64,000 nt of DNA from Candidatus Poribacteria bacterium. GTDB lineage: Bacteria; Poribacteria; WGA-4E; PCPOR2b. The translations under genes and the position numbers were made by a program. Shown here piece after piece: positions 21,015-31,462 of this stretch (the stretch's first letter is position 1; the number at the start of each line of letters is the position of its first letter). The stretch lies in the NCBI GenBank assembly GCA_965215015.1, contig OZ244042.1, positions 192,001 to 256,000 on the forward strand, written 5' to 3'. A model generated the notes under the pieces. It worked only from the letters and a program-made list of their open reading frames with translations. It was not told the origin of the DNA and ran no database searches.

Positions 21015-21749
21015 ATGCATCTCCCGCAAGGTCCCGTCACTTACAAATATGTAGAGGTCGGCAAAACACTCTATCAAGCGGTGTCAACGCGGACGCCGCG
21101 ATTTCCGCCTCGGGTCGCCTATGTGATGCTGAACTCACTATTTGAGGCGAGGCAAGAAGCGATTACGGTATATGACCCGTTTTGCGGTAACGGCGTCATC
21201 CTCTGTACGGCGTACCTTCTTTTTTCACAGAAAATAAAAAAACTAATCGGGGCAGATCTGAATCCAGTTGTGTTAGAAACGGTACGGCGAAATTTTCGGT
21301 GGATGAAGGAACAAAACGCACTTGAGGAACGCTTACGCGCAATTCAAGCCTACAAAACCAAAGATGATGAACTCAAAAAATCTTATCAAGCGCGATGTCG
21401 GTTGATGTTCAACCACGCACAACAGATTCACCTTGATGTGGAACTTTCCCAGCACGACGCAACTCGGATTCAGGAGCACCTCGCTTCAATTGAGGGCGAA
21501 GTCGCGCTTATCACAGATCCGCCCTATGCTCATAATGACCATTGGAATCCGAACGATGGGCCTAAATCAGCAGATTTTGGGCCCCTTGAGCCATTCCTTC
21601 AACAGGTTGTAGAGGCACCGAATGTGACTGCACTCCTGATCTGCTACCGAGTTGATCAGCCGATTCGTGCACTGTTGGAGACATATTTTGTGGTGACTCC
21701 ACTCGGTGGAACAAAAGGTAGAGCTATCTACCGATGCCAACCGAAATGA
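21015..21749 (+). CDS. SAM-dependent rRNA methyltransferase, AviRa-like
   Basis: 'PRFPPRVA', 'YDPFCGNG', 'IGADLN', 'LITDPPY'; the ORF-track start 20976 lies inside a REP. Confidence 0.65.
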   Translation: MHLPQGPVTYKYVEVGKTLYQAVSTRTPRFPPRVAYVMLNSLFEARQEAITVYDPFCGNGVILCTAYLLFSQKIKKLIGADLNPVVLETVRRNFRWMKEQNALEERLRAIQAYKTKDDELKKSYQARCRLMFNHAQQIHLDVELSQHDATRIQEHLASIEGEVALITDPPYAHNDHWNPNDGPKSADFGPLEPFLQQVVEAPNVTALLICYRVDQPIRALLETYFVVTPLGGTKGRAIYRCQPK

Positions 21750-21929
21750 CGCTAATATATGAGATGTAGTGATAATCAAAAACGCACCGTTCAGGTTAAA
21801 AGAAAGTGCAAAACGCGAAAGGTGAAAACCAGTCGCTCATTGGTGCAGCTGGGCTAGGAAGGCCCGATCCTGTTGCACGATTTCTTAACATGAACCAAAC
21901 ACAAAAGGACAGCTGACAACTAACAAGAA

Positions 21930-22643
21930 ATGGACAGATCTTATACAATTTTACCAATGCTGCTCATAGTGTTTATTGGCTGTTTGATAGGAAATATCTC
22001 GCTTGGATCAGGCGTTGTTTCAGACGCACAGACTGAAGGCGAGCGTTCAAATCTATTACATGATTTTATGAGAGGTAGCGTCGAATCCACATCCTTCCAC
22101 CTCTCTTTTTTTTCCTATAAGCCAAGCTTAGAACAGTTCACAACGTTGTTGAGCAGTCTCGGTGTACCAGCACTCAACGCCGGGTTGATGCCTGTTGTTT
22201 CCGTGAAGCTGAAACACGCGCCGGAGTTATCTTCCCAAATAGCATTTGGGTATTGGACGAATGATGCAACATTACCGCCGCCAAATGCCGCAAATCTTTC
22301 CGCTACCTTTATCCCCATTTCATTCACCTTGCTCTACCATCCGGTGTTGCTTCACGACTTCCTTCCACTTTACTTTGGCGGGGGCATCGGGTATTCACAC
22401 CTGAGCGTAGGGGGCAGTGCCCTTGGTTTATTAACAGCCCAGGGGATAGCTTTTGATGACGGGAATTCCGGCTTGACAGGGTATGCCCAGATTGGATTAG
22501 TTTATCCGCTTCTCGATGATCGGCTTACCCTTACCTTTGAGGCAAAGCATATTCTCAAAACTTTCAAGGGGAGCGGTGCAGTGCCCTTCAATCTTGATTT
22601 TGATGGTACAGCGATTGGCTTGGGGGTTGGATTGCGATTTTGA
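21930..22643 (+). CDS. Outer-membrane beta-barrel protein (OmpW/porin-like)
   Basis: Signal peptide, alternating beta-strands 'YFGGGIGY', C-terminal 'GLGVGLRF'. Confidence 0.75.
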   Translation: MDRSYTILPMLLIVFIGCLIGNISLGSGVVSDAQTEGERSNLLHDFMRGSVESTSFHLSFFSYKPSLEQFTTLLSSLGVPALNAGLMPVVSVKLKHAPELSSQIAFGYWTNDATLPPPNAANLSATFIPISFTLLYHPVLLHDFLPLYFGGGIGYSHLSVGGSALGLLTAQGIAFDDGNSGLTGYAQIGLVYPLLDDRLTLTFEAKHILKTFKGSGAVPFNLDFDGTAIGLGVGLRF

Positions 22644-22667
22644 GAAGAATGAATCAGAAGATGGAGA

Positions 22668-23192
22668 TTGGAGTTGAACGTGGCTGTCTTGAAAGGTAAA
22701 ACAGTAGGACAAATTTTGCTTTGGGGCGTTTGGGGTTGTCTAATCGCAATTCTAGGTTGTGATACTGGCATAATAGACAATTTCGAGGGTATCAAAATTG
22801 AAACCACTTTTCGATTCGATCGGATTGATTTCGACATCTTTCTGCTTAATAAGAGTGGTCGGCCGTTAATCCAGACTGGAAGTATCTTGACACCGGAAAT
22901 TGGCGTCAGCACCCTTTCTCCCTCCAAATTCACAACCCACGTTGAAATCTACTCGATGCGAGATGGTGCTAAAAGCAAAAAAGTCTACGATGGGCGTCTC
23001 ATACGTTTGGAGTGGGGAGCGGTCGGAGGGAACCGCAGAGTCCTTTTTGCGGAGATACCCCATGGACTGATTGAAGAGGATGAACAACGCGATACGGAGA
23101 TAGGCGTGATTATTGTCACGGTGCAGACAGAAAAGCAAGGACCATTTAAGGACACACTGGAAAATACGAGAATTTATAGCCGGGCACCCTAA
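22668..23192 (+). CDS. Hypothetical lipoprotein
   Basis: Hydrophobic stretch ending 'ILGC'; 174-aa ORF in operon-like position. Confidence 0.6.
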   Translation: MELNVAVLKGKTVGQILLWGVWGCLIAILGCDTGIIDNFEGIKIETTFRFDRIDFDIFLLNKSGRPLIQTGSILTPEIGVSTLSPSKFTTHVEIYSMRDGAKSKKVYDGRLIRLEWGAVGGNRRVLFAEIPHGLIEEDEQRDTEIGVIIVTVQTEKQGPFKDTLENTRIYSRAP

Positions 23193-23368
23193 TCGGATTG
23201 GTTATCTCCCACATCCTGTCTTCTTATAATCACTCAATTAACCTACCCGAATTCTTATCTCACAATTTTGGTTAATCCCTTCCTCTACTTTTTCGTCATT
23301 CTAATGTCCGAATATACAACACCTCCCGACACCCAAGCATCAGAACACCCAAACATCAGAAGAAAGGC

Positions 23369-25597
23369 ATGAGTTTGGATTTGCATCAATCACCTGAAAT
23401 CAGAAGATACCTGTTTCTTTTAGGCCTTGTGCTATTGTTCCTGATCCGTCTGAGTGCCGCCGCTGGCCCGGTAGAATACCGAGCCGAAGCGTATCGAACT
23501 TTTCAGAGCATTGAGATTGACGGGGATTTCAGTGAAGCGGATTGGCAGCATGCCAAACCGATAAATCAGTTTATCCAAACTGAACCCGATGAAGGCGTGC
23601 TGATAACTGAATCTACGGAAGTCCGCATCCTATACGACGAAAAAAATATCTACTTCGGTTTTACCTGTTCAAGCGCACACCGTGATAATATTGTCGCCAA
23701 CGAAATGCGTCGAGATGCAGAAAATTTGCGTGAGAACGATAATGTTTTCATCCTGTTGGACACTTACAACGATAAACGGAGTGGGGTTTTCTTCCGTATC
23801 AATCCATTGGGGGCGATGCAGGATATAGCGTTGACAAACAGCGGGGATAGCTTGAATATGAGTTGGGACGCTGTATGGACCTGCCAATCCAAAATTAATG
23901 ATACCTACTGGACAACGGAAATCGCCATACCTTTCAGCCAACTCCGCTTTAACAGAAGGGATCCGATGGTCTGGGGGGTGAATTTTGGACGAACCATCCG
24001 ACGAAAAAAAGAGGAGGCAACGTGGGTTCCGGTATCAAGGCAGTACGGCAGTCTATCGAAATATCGAACTGCTAACCTCGGTAATCTCGTTGGTTTGGCA
24101 GGCGTTACTCCGTCAAGACGGCTTGAATTTCTGCCTTATATCTTACCGGGAGTGAGTCGAATCGAGGAGAATGAGGACACCGATGGAACATTCGGTTATG
24201 GCTTAGATTTAAAGTACGGTCTAACCTCAAACCTCACCGCTGATCTGACCTATAAGACCGACTTTGCCCAGGTCGAGGCGGATCAGGAGCAAGTGAACTT
24301 GACGCGTTTCAGTCTGTTTTTCCCAGAAAAGCGTCCGTTCTTCTTAGAGGGTGCAGGACAGTTTGATTTTGGCATTCCGCGCCCCAGTTTCTTTCGCCCG
24401 CCCCCGTTGCTCCTTTTTTATAGCCGTCGCATCGGTCTTGAGGAAGGGCACGCCATCCCGATTATAACTGGAGGTAAGATTACAGGCAAAATGGGCCCTT
24501 ACGGTATTGGTCTGCTGAATGTGTTGACGGATAATTTCCACACCGGTCCATTGGTTACAGATCCAGATGATATTGTTGATGTGTCTAGAACAAACTACTC
24601 CGTGCTGCGTGTGACACGAGATCTCTTAAGCGGCTCCAGTATTGGGGCGATTGCGATTAATAAGCAGGACACAGATACATACAACCGTGCGGGTGGATTG
24701 GATTTCGCATATCGTCCAAACGACAGTATTGATGTGCGTGGACTGTGGGCACGGACTTATGAAGCGGAGGTCTCTGGCAAGAACGATGCAATGTACTTTG
24801 GCGGCACTTGGCGCAACAGTCTGCTTCGATTCAATGGAACATATACGTTCATTGGTGAGGCTTTCAACCCTGAGGCCGGATTCGTCCGCCGCCAGGGCAG
24901 CCGACGCTTCCGTGGACAGATGCGTTTTACCCCGTGGCCCAAAAAATTCGGAATTCGACGCATCTTCATGGGACCGGAGGTTGACTATATCCTCAACCAA
25001 GACGATGAGTTAGAAACCCGGGAGTTTTCATTGACCAATTGGTTTCAGCTTGAGCAAGGGAGTTGGATCAACGTTGAGATTCGGCGAACCTCTGAATTTC
25101 TTGATGAGGATTTTGAAATCCGAGATGACGTTATCATACCGATTGGTGATTACGACTTGACCACGTTCAGAACCATGATTGATACGGATGAGGGGCGGAA
25201 AATTTCAGGTAGATTCGGAGCCAATTACGGCACCTTCTTCAATGGGACAAGGCGAGGGTTTGATATTCAAGCAAATTTCAAACCGAGTGGTCGCCTCGCC
25301 TTTGAGACACAATATCAATTTAACCGGGTCGAACTCCCGGACGAAGTACCTTTCAATGTAAATATTTTCGGCAGCCGCATTGTCTATTCTTTGACTACAA
25401 CTCTGTTTGTGAAGTTGTTCGCCCAATGGAACAGCGACGAGGACGTAATTTCAGCCAATTTCCTGCTCAACTACATCTACCGCCCCGGCAGCGATTTCTA
25501 TCTTGTGTTCAATCGGATTTATGATAGTGGCGGTACGGAAACGACACCTGGGGAATTGACAGCTGTTGCAAAGATGACTTACTGGTGGAATCCGTGA
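23369..25597 (+). CDS. CBM9-like + DUF5916 outer-membrane protein, paralog 1
   Basis: 'IEIDG..E.DW', 'LDTYND.R', 'EIAIPFSQLRF', 'TDFAQVEAD..VNLTRFSLFFPEKRPFFLEG', 'FYSRRIG'. Confidence 0.88.
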   Translation: MSLDLHQSPEIRRYLFLLGLVLLFLIRLSAAAGPVEYRAEAYRTFQSIEIDGDFSEADWQHAKPINQFIQTEPDEGVLITESTEVRILYDEKNIYFGFTCSSAHRDNIVANEMRRDAENLRENDNVFILLDTYNDKRSGVFFRINPLGAMQDIALTNSGDSLNMSWDAVWTCQSKINDTYWTTEIAIPFSQLRFNRRDPMVWGVNFGRTIRRKKEEATWVPVSRQYGSLSKYRTANLGNLVGLAGVTPSRRLEFLPYILPGVSRIEENEDTDGTFGYGLDLKYGLTSNLTADLTYKTDFAQVEADQEQVNLTRFSLFFPEKRPFFLEGAGQFDFGIPRPSFFRPPPLLLFYSRRIGLEEGHAIPIITGGKITGKMGPYGIGLLNVLTDNFHTGPLVTDPDDIVDVSRTNYSVLRVTRDLLSGSSIGAIAINKQDTDTYNRAGGLDFAYRPNDSIDVRGLWARTYEAEVSGKNDAMYFGGTWRNSLLRFNGTYTFIGEAFNPEAGFVRRQGSRRFRGQMRFTPWPKKFGIRRIFMGPEVDYILNQDDELETREFSLTNWFQLEQGSWINVEIRRTSEFLDEDFEIRDDVIIPIGDYDLTTFRTMIDTDEGRKISGRFGANYGTFFNGTRRGFDIQANFKPSGRLAFETQYQFNRVELPDEVPFNVNIFGSRIVYSLTTTLFVKLFAQWNSDEDVISANFLLNYIYRPGSDFYLVFNRIYDSGGTETTPGELTAVAKMTYWWNP

Positions 25598-25645
25598 AAT
25601 ATGGTATGTCTTGTGAAATGTTGATTTTCTTAAGGGAGGGCGTCT

Positions 25646-27880
25646 ATGATTTGTCACTTTAGCAGAATGCCCACAATGTCGCGGTGTAGTAAAGCTTTTT
25701 TTATTATATGTATAGGCCATCTGCTGTTTCCGCTCATTGTGAATGCAGATACGGAACCTATGGAGTACCAAGCCGAGGCATACCGAACTTATCAGAGTAT
25801 CGAGATTGACGGAGAGTTCAACGAGGAAGACTGGCAGAACGCAAAATCCATCACTCGACTCATCCAATATGAACCTGCCGAGGGGGAACTAATCTCGCAG
25901 CCTACAGAGGTGCGCATTCTTTATGATGCTAAGGAGATTTACTTCGGGTTTACCTGTTTTGACGACGATATTTCCAAAATGGTTGCCAATGAAATGCGCC
26001 GCGATGGGAGCGGTCGGGATGGGTTGCGTGAAAACGACCATGTTTCTATCCTTCTAGATACTTATAACGATCGGCGCAACGGATTTTTCTTCCGTGTCAA
26101 TCCGTTGGGAGCAATGGAAGACATCGCTTTGATAAACAGCGGAGAGAGTCGAAATCAGGCTTGGGATGCAGTCTGGACATGTCGTACCAAAATCAATGAG
26201 AACCACTGGACAGCAGAGGTAGGAATTCCGTTCAGCCAACTTCGTTTCAGTAAGAGGGACGAGATGACTTGGGGGTTGAATTTGGGACGGAGCCTCATGC
26301 GAAGCCAAGAGGAGGCGACGTGGGCACCGCTTTCCAAAGCACATGGGTTCTTTGCTAGATACCGCACCGATGTTATCGGCAATTTGGTCGGTCTGGAAGG
26401 AATTACTCCCCCGCGGAATCTGGAACTGCTACCCTATTTCCTACCGGGGTTGAATCGTATCGAAGAAGAAAAGAAAACCGAAGGAGTATTGGACTATGGG
26501 CTGGACCTCAAATACGGCATCACCTCGAATCTGACCGCTGATCTCACCTATAATACCGACTTTGCCCAAGTAGAGGCGGATCAGGAGCAGGTCAACCTTA
26601 CCCGGTTCAGCCTGTTTTTCCCGGAGAAGCGTCCTTTCTTCCTGGAAGGTGCCGGGTTGTTTGATTTTGGCATTCCGCGCACCAGTTTTCGACGACCTCC
26701 ACCTTTACTGCTGTTTTATAGCCGTCGTATCGGTTTAGCTGAAGGACGAGCCGTCCCGATTTTCGGTGGGAGCAAGATTACGGGCAAAGTCGGACCTTAC
26801 GGCATCGGCTTGCTGCATGTCTTGACGAATGAATTTCACGATGAGACCGATCCAGAGGATCCGATTGATGAGCCACGCACCAATTACTCTGTGTTAAGGT
26901 TGACGCGGGATATTTTTAGTGGGTCACGCATTGGGTTAATCGGCATCAACAAGCAGGATGCTGACGCATACAATCGGGCAGGAGGATTTGACTTCACCTA
27001 TCGCCCAACCGATAGCCTTGATATACGTGGACTCTGGTCTCGCACGTTTGAAGCAGATGTCTCCAGCCAAAACAACGCCTTGCATCTCGGCAGCACTTGG
27101 CGAAACAGGGATGTTCGCTTGCAGGGTTCATATACCGACATTGATGAGAACTTTAACCCGGAGGTCGGATTTATCCAGCGAGAGGGAATCCGCCGAATCA
27201 ATGGTCAAATGCTTTATAGCCCCCGGCTTGGCAAATTTCGGATTCGCCAAATTTATACCGGACCGGAGTTTGATTTTATTCTCAATCAAAACAACCAATT
27301 AGAAACTCAAGAGATTGCATTGACCAACTATTTTCGGTTTGAAAGCGGAAGCTACATTGGGTTTCTACCGAAACGAACCAAAGAACACCTTGATGAGGAT
27401 TTTGAAATCCGATCGGGGATTATTATTCCTCTGGGCGAATACAATTTCACTGAAATGATGATCAGAGGCTCCACCGATGATACGAAAGCACTTGCAGGGC
27501 AATATAGTGTGAATTTTGGCAACTTCTACAACGGACGCAGGTGGGGATTTACCCTCAATGCGGGCTTCAAACCGAACGGGCGTTTGAACGTCGAGCCCAT
27601 ATTTCAGTTTAACCGTGTAACGCTTCCCCAAGACGCGTTTAATGCGAGCATTTTTGGTGCCCGTGTGAGCTACTCCTTCTCGACAACGCTTTTTGCAAAA
27701 ATATTCGCCCAATGGAACAGTGATGAGGACGTAATTTCAGCCAATTTCCTGCTCAACTACATCTACCGCCCCGGCAGCGATTTCTACCTTGTTTTCAATC
27801 GGATTTATGATAGTGGAGCGAAAACAGCACATGGGGAATCGACGGCCGTTGCAAAAATGACTTACTGGTGGAATCTGTAG
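25646..27880 (+). CDS. CBM9-like + DUF5916 outer-membrane protein, paralog 2
   Basis: Same motifs as paralog 1; ends 'AKMTYWWNL'. Confidence 0.88.
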   Translation: MICHFSRMPTMSRCSKAFFIICIGHLLFPLIVNADTEPMEYQAEAYRTYQSIEIDGEFNEEDWQNAKSITRLIQYEPAEGELISQPTEVRILYDAKEIYFGFTCFDDDISKMVANEMRRDGSGRDGLRENDHVSILLDTYNDRRNGFFFRVNPLGAMEDIALINSGESRNQAWDAVWTCRTKINENHWTAEVGIPFSQLRFSKRDEMTWGLNLGRSLMRSQEEATWAPLSKAHGFFARYRTDVIGNLVGLEGITPPRNLELLPYFLPGLNRIEEEKKTEGVLDYGLDLKYGITSNLTADLTYNTDFAQVEADQEQVNLTRFSLFFPEKRPFFLEGAGLFDFGIPRTSFRRPPPLLLFYSRRIGLAEGRAVPIFGGSKITGKVGPYGIGLLHVLTNEFHDETDPEDPIDEPRTNYSVLRLTRDIFSGSRIGLIGINKQDADAYNRAGGFDFTYRPTDSLDIRGLWSRTFEADVSSQNNALHLGSTWRNRDVRLQGSYTDIDENFNPEVGFIQREGIRRINGQMLYSPRLGKFRIRQIYTGPEFDFILNQNNQLETQEIALTNYFRFESGSYIGFLPKRTKEHLDEDFEIRSGIIIPLGEYNFTEMMIRGSTDDTKALAGQYSVNFGNFYNGRRWGFTLNAGFKPNGRLNVEPIFQFNRVTLPQDAFNASIFGARVSYSFSTTLFAKIFAQWNSDEDVISANFLLNYIYRPGSDFYLVFNRIYDSGAKTAHGESTAVAKMTYWWNL

Positions 27881-27961
27881 CTCCTGAAACGTATAAAGCA
27901 AACAACATCAGAACTTGCTTAGTAGAACCAATTCTGGAGCCATTTTGAAAGGAGACCGTTT

Positions 27962-30211
27962 GTGATTTATCACCTCAGTTTTTGGTATCAGTTTTCAAGT
28001 GGCAGTATTTTGCGACACGGAAGATGTTTTTTTCTGTTGGCTATCTGCTGTTTGTTATTGCCGCTTACTGTGTGCGCCGATCCCAGCCCAATCGAGTACA
28101 AGATTGAGGCATACCGAACGTTTCAGAGCATTGAGGTTGATGGCGATTTCAATGAATCTGACTGGCAGCACGCAAGTCCGATTAATCAGTTTTTCCAAAT
28201 TGAGCCAGATGAAGGTCAATCTATAAGCGAACCGACAGAAGTCCGCATCCTATACGATGATAAGAACATCTACTTCGGGTTTACCTGTTTCGACTCGCAG
28301 ATGTCCAAGCTGGTTGCCAACGACATGCGTCATGACGCGCAAGACCTGCATGAAAACGACAATGTCTTTCTGATATTGGACACTTATAACGATAAACGTA
28401 ACGGGGTTGCCTTCCGCATCAACCCGTTGGGGGCATACCAAGACAGAGCCGTAACGAACAGTGGGGACAGCTTAAATCGGAGCTGGGATGCAGTGGTTGC
28501 ATGTCAAGCTAAGGTAAATTCAGATCATTGGACGGCCGAACTCGGTATTCCGTTCAGCCAACTCCGTTTCGACAAAAGCAACAAGATGACTTGGGGGATG
28601 AATGTGGGACGCGGAGTCCGTAGGAACAATGAGGAAGCGATATGGGTGCCAGTGCCTAGACAGTATGGGGGGATGGCGAAATATCGTCTCGGTAATCTGG
28701 GGAGCCTCGGTGGTTTAGAGGGGATTGCTCCGTCTCGGCGTCTAGAACTGCTGCCTTATGTTTTGCCGGGGATGAGTCTGACCGAAGGTGATGCTGGCAC
28801 CAATGGAGTATTCGACATCGGCTTGGACCTCAAATACGGTATCAACTCCAACCTCACCGCGGATTTGACCTTTAATACCGACTTTGCCCAAGTTGAAGCC
28901 GATGAGGAACAGGTCAACCTCACCCGCTTTAGCCTATTCTTTCCTGAGAAGCGTCCGTTCTTTTTAGAAGGAGCGGGGTTGTTTGATTTCGGCATTGCTC
29001 GCAGCAGTTTTCGCCGTCCCCCGCCGCTACTTCTGTTCTATAGCCGCCGCATTGGCCTAGTCGAAGGACGCGCTATCCCGATTTTTGGTGGGGGCAAAAT
29101 TACAGGCAAAATGGGACCTTACGGCATCGGTTTGCTGAATGTGTTGACGAATGAGTTTCGTGATGATACCGATACGGAGGACCTGATTGACGAGCCGCGT
29201 ACCAATTACTCTGTATTACGGTTGACACGGGACCTTTTCAGCGGTTCACGTATCGGGTTAATTGGAATTAATAAGCAGGATGCTGATGCATACAATCGCG
29301 CCGGTGGATTCGATTTTTCATACCGCCCGGTGGACAATTTTGATATCCGTGGACTGTGGGCGCGTACCACTGATTCAGAGGAGGCTGATGGGAGTGGTAA
29401 TGCGTGGTATATCGGCAGCAATTGGCGGAATGATCTGTTTCGGCTGGGGGGGGCATATACGGACATCGGTGAGGACTTCAACCCTGAAGTTGGATACATC
29501 CGGCGGCAGGGGGTGCGCCAAATCCGGAGCGACATACGTTTTACCCCTTGGCCCAGAAGGTTTGGGATTCGCCGCATCTGGACGGGACCCGAATTCGACC
29601 TTGTCCTCAATCGAGATGGTGACTTAGAGACCCGCTCCATCCGGTACAGTAACTGGTTTGAACTAGAAAGGGGAGGGTACCTACAACTTGAGATTCGGCA
29701 GACAGCAGAACACCTTGACGAGGATTTTGAGGTCAGTGATGGTGTCATCATACCCATTGATGAATATAATTTTACATCTGCCAGGGCAGGGGTTCAAACC
29801 GATGAAAGTAAAATGCTTGCCGGGGAATTTGATGTGAATTTTGGTGAGTTCTACGACGGCAACAGGCGGGGGTTTGACATCGGCGCAACCTTCAAACCGA
29901 GCGGACGTTTCGCCCTCGAATCTCAATATCAGTTTAACCGGGTGTCTCTTCCCGGAGAACAACCCTTCAATGTAAATGTGTTTGGAGGACGGTTTGCCTA
30001 TTCCTTCTCGACGCAACTCTTTGCGAAACTGTTTGCTCAATGGAACAGCGATGATAAGGTGATTTCCACCAACTTTCTGCTCAACTACATCTATCGCCCC
30101 GGCAGCGATTTCTTCCTTGTTTTCAACCAGACTTATGACAGTAACGGTGGAGGCATCAATCTTGAGGAATCCACACTTGTTGGGAAACTAACGTATTGGT
30201 GGAATCTGTAA
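27962..30211 (+). CDS. CBM9-like + DUF5916 outer-membrane protein, paralog 3
   Basis: Same motifs; ends 'GKLTYWWNL'. Confidence 0.88.
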   Translation: MIYHLSFWYQFSSGSILRHGRCFFLLAICCLLLPLTVCADPSPIEYKIEAYRTFQSIEVDGDFNESDWQHASPINQFFQIEPDEGQSISEPTEVRILYDDKNIYFGFTCFDSQMSKLVANDMRHDAQDLHENDNVFLILDTYNDKRNGVAFRINPLGAYQDRAVTNSGDSLNRSWDAVVACQAKVNSDHWTAELGIPFSQLRFDKSNKMTWGMNVGRGVRRNNEEAIWVPVPRQYGGMAKYRLGNLGSLGGLEGIAPSRRLELLPYVLPGMSLTEGDAGTNGVFDIGLDLKYGINSNLTADLTFNTDFAQVEADEEQVNLTRFSLFFPEKRPFFLEGAGLFDFGIARSSFRRPPPLLLFYSRRIGLVEGRAIPIFGGGKITGKMGPYGIGLLNVLTNEFRDDTDTEDLIDEPRTNYSVLRLTRDLFSGSRIGLIGINKQDADAYNRAGGFDFSYRPVDNFDIRGLWARTTDSEEADGSGNAWYIGSNWRNDLFRLGGAYTDIGEDFNPEVGYIRRQGVRQIRSDIRFTPWPRRFGIRRIWTGPEFDLVLNRDGDLETRSIRYSNWFELERGGYLQLEIRQTAEHLDEDFEVSDGVIIPIDEYNFTSARAGVQTDESKMLAGEFDVNFGEFYDGNRRGFDIGATFKPSGRFALESQYQFNRVSLPGEQPFNVNVFGGRFAYSFSTQLFAKLFAQWNSDDKVISTNFLLNYIYRPGSDFFLVFNQTYDSNGGGINLEESTLVGKLTYWWNL

Positions 30212-30467
30212 ATTGGTACATTAGTCCATTATGGGTTTCCGAATTAATGAACGCTTAAACTCAAAAGAGGTACAGTGGCCACAGAGATTTTCGGGGGCAT
30301 TGGTACATTTAGGACTTACACAGTTGAACGTTCAAACTCAGCATCAGGCCCTAAAGGGGTTAACTCGCTGAATATTCGTCAGTCCCTTGATAATGCGACA
30401 TGAATTGGATACAAATTGTCCAAACTTTAGTAATGAACTAACATATTCCGAGAAAGGAGCATTTCCC

Positions 30468-31403
30468 ATGAGCCAAGAGACAGTTTGGTTACTCTCAGAA
30501 GAGGGTATCTTAGACTTCAGCGGCGAACTGATCTACGATGTTCCATTTCAACCTGCATCGGTCATTGCAGGAGATGTGGGGCAAGATCGGCTGTCCGTTA
30601 TCGCTAACGACCATGAGGTGTGGACGTATGTTTCGGGAGCGTGGGATCAGCAGGTATCAACCGACATCATCCTGAACTGCGTTTGCTGGACACCTGATAA
30701 TCAACTACTTGTGGGCACAGAGCGTGCTCAACTCGCCTGGGTTGTCAATGGTGAGTTGAATTTTATCGACAGTTTTGACGCGGTGCCAGAACGCAAGCTT
30801 TGGAAAACGCCGTGGGGGGGACCTCCGGATGTACGCTCTTTGGCGGTCTCTACGGATGGAACCATCTACGCGAACATTCATGTCGGCTGGGTTGTCCGCT
30901 CGCGCGATGGTGGGGAGACCTGGGAAAATCTTCAGGAAGGATTAGAGATGGATGTGCATCAGGTCGCTACGCATCCCTCCGATCCAGCGATTGTCTTCGC
31001 CGCAACCGCTAGAGGATTCTATCTTAGCCGAGATCATGGTAATACGTTTATACATCAGCGGAGTGGAATGCCCTATTATTATCAACGGGCGTGTGCCTGC
31101 TTTCCTGAAAGCGATGTCTATTTGGTTTCCACATCACGGGGCCCGCACAGCAGGGTAGATGCCCAACTATACCGAAGTGACGACGCAGGTGAAAACTGGA
31201 CCTTGGCGACTGGTCTACCGGAACAGATTGGTGAGAATATTGACACCTTTCAGATTATTACCGTTGGCAGGTCGAATGCGTTGGTAGTTGTGGACGACAC
31301 TGCTCTATACCAGACCGACGACTGGGGCCTAAATTGGCAAAAGGTAGCCGATTATCCGAGGTTGTTTGGTGGGCTTGTCGTACACATGCCGCAAGCGGCC
31401 TAA
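30468..31403 (+). CDS. BNR/Asp-box beta-propeller protein
   Basis: Repeated Asp-boxes 'RSRDGGETW', 'SRDHGNTF', 'RSDDAGENW'; 'TPWGGPPDVRS'; RBS AAAGGAG. Confidence 0.8.
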   Translation: MSQETVWLLSEEGILDFSGELIYDVPFQPASVIAGDVGQDRLSVIANDHEVWTYVSGAWDQQVSTDIILNCVCWTPDNQLLVGTERAQLAWVVNGELNFIDSFDAVPERKLWKTPWGGPPDVRSLAVSTDGTIYANIHVGWVVRSRDGGETWENLQEGLEMDVHQVATHPSDPAIVFAATARGFYLSRDHGNTFIHQRSGMPYYYQRACACFPESDVYLVSTSRGPHSRVDAQLYRSDDAGENWTLATGLPEQIGENIDTFQIITVGRSNALVVVDDTALYQTDDWGLNWQKVADYPRLFGGLVVHMPQAA

Positions 31404-31462
31404 GATCTCGGTTTTCTTTTTCGTAGCAGCCACAAATTCACCCGCACGAAGAATTAATACCA

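Noticed and set aside
21806-21878. Possible riboswitch upstream of the beta-barrel gene
   Set aside because: Stems exist but no riboswitch consensus was recognised; likely REP-derived
23369-30211. Diversity-generating retroelement behind the shared 3' tracts of paralogs (also considered for the FG-GAP pair)
   Set aside because: No reverse transcriptase in the window; differences are not adenine-specific and both copies are coding
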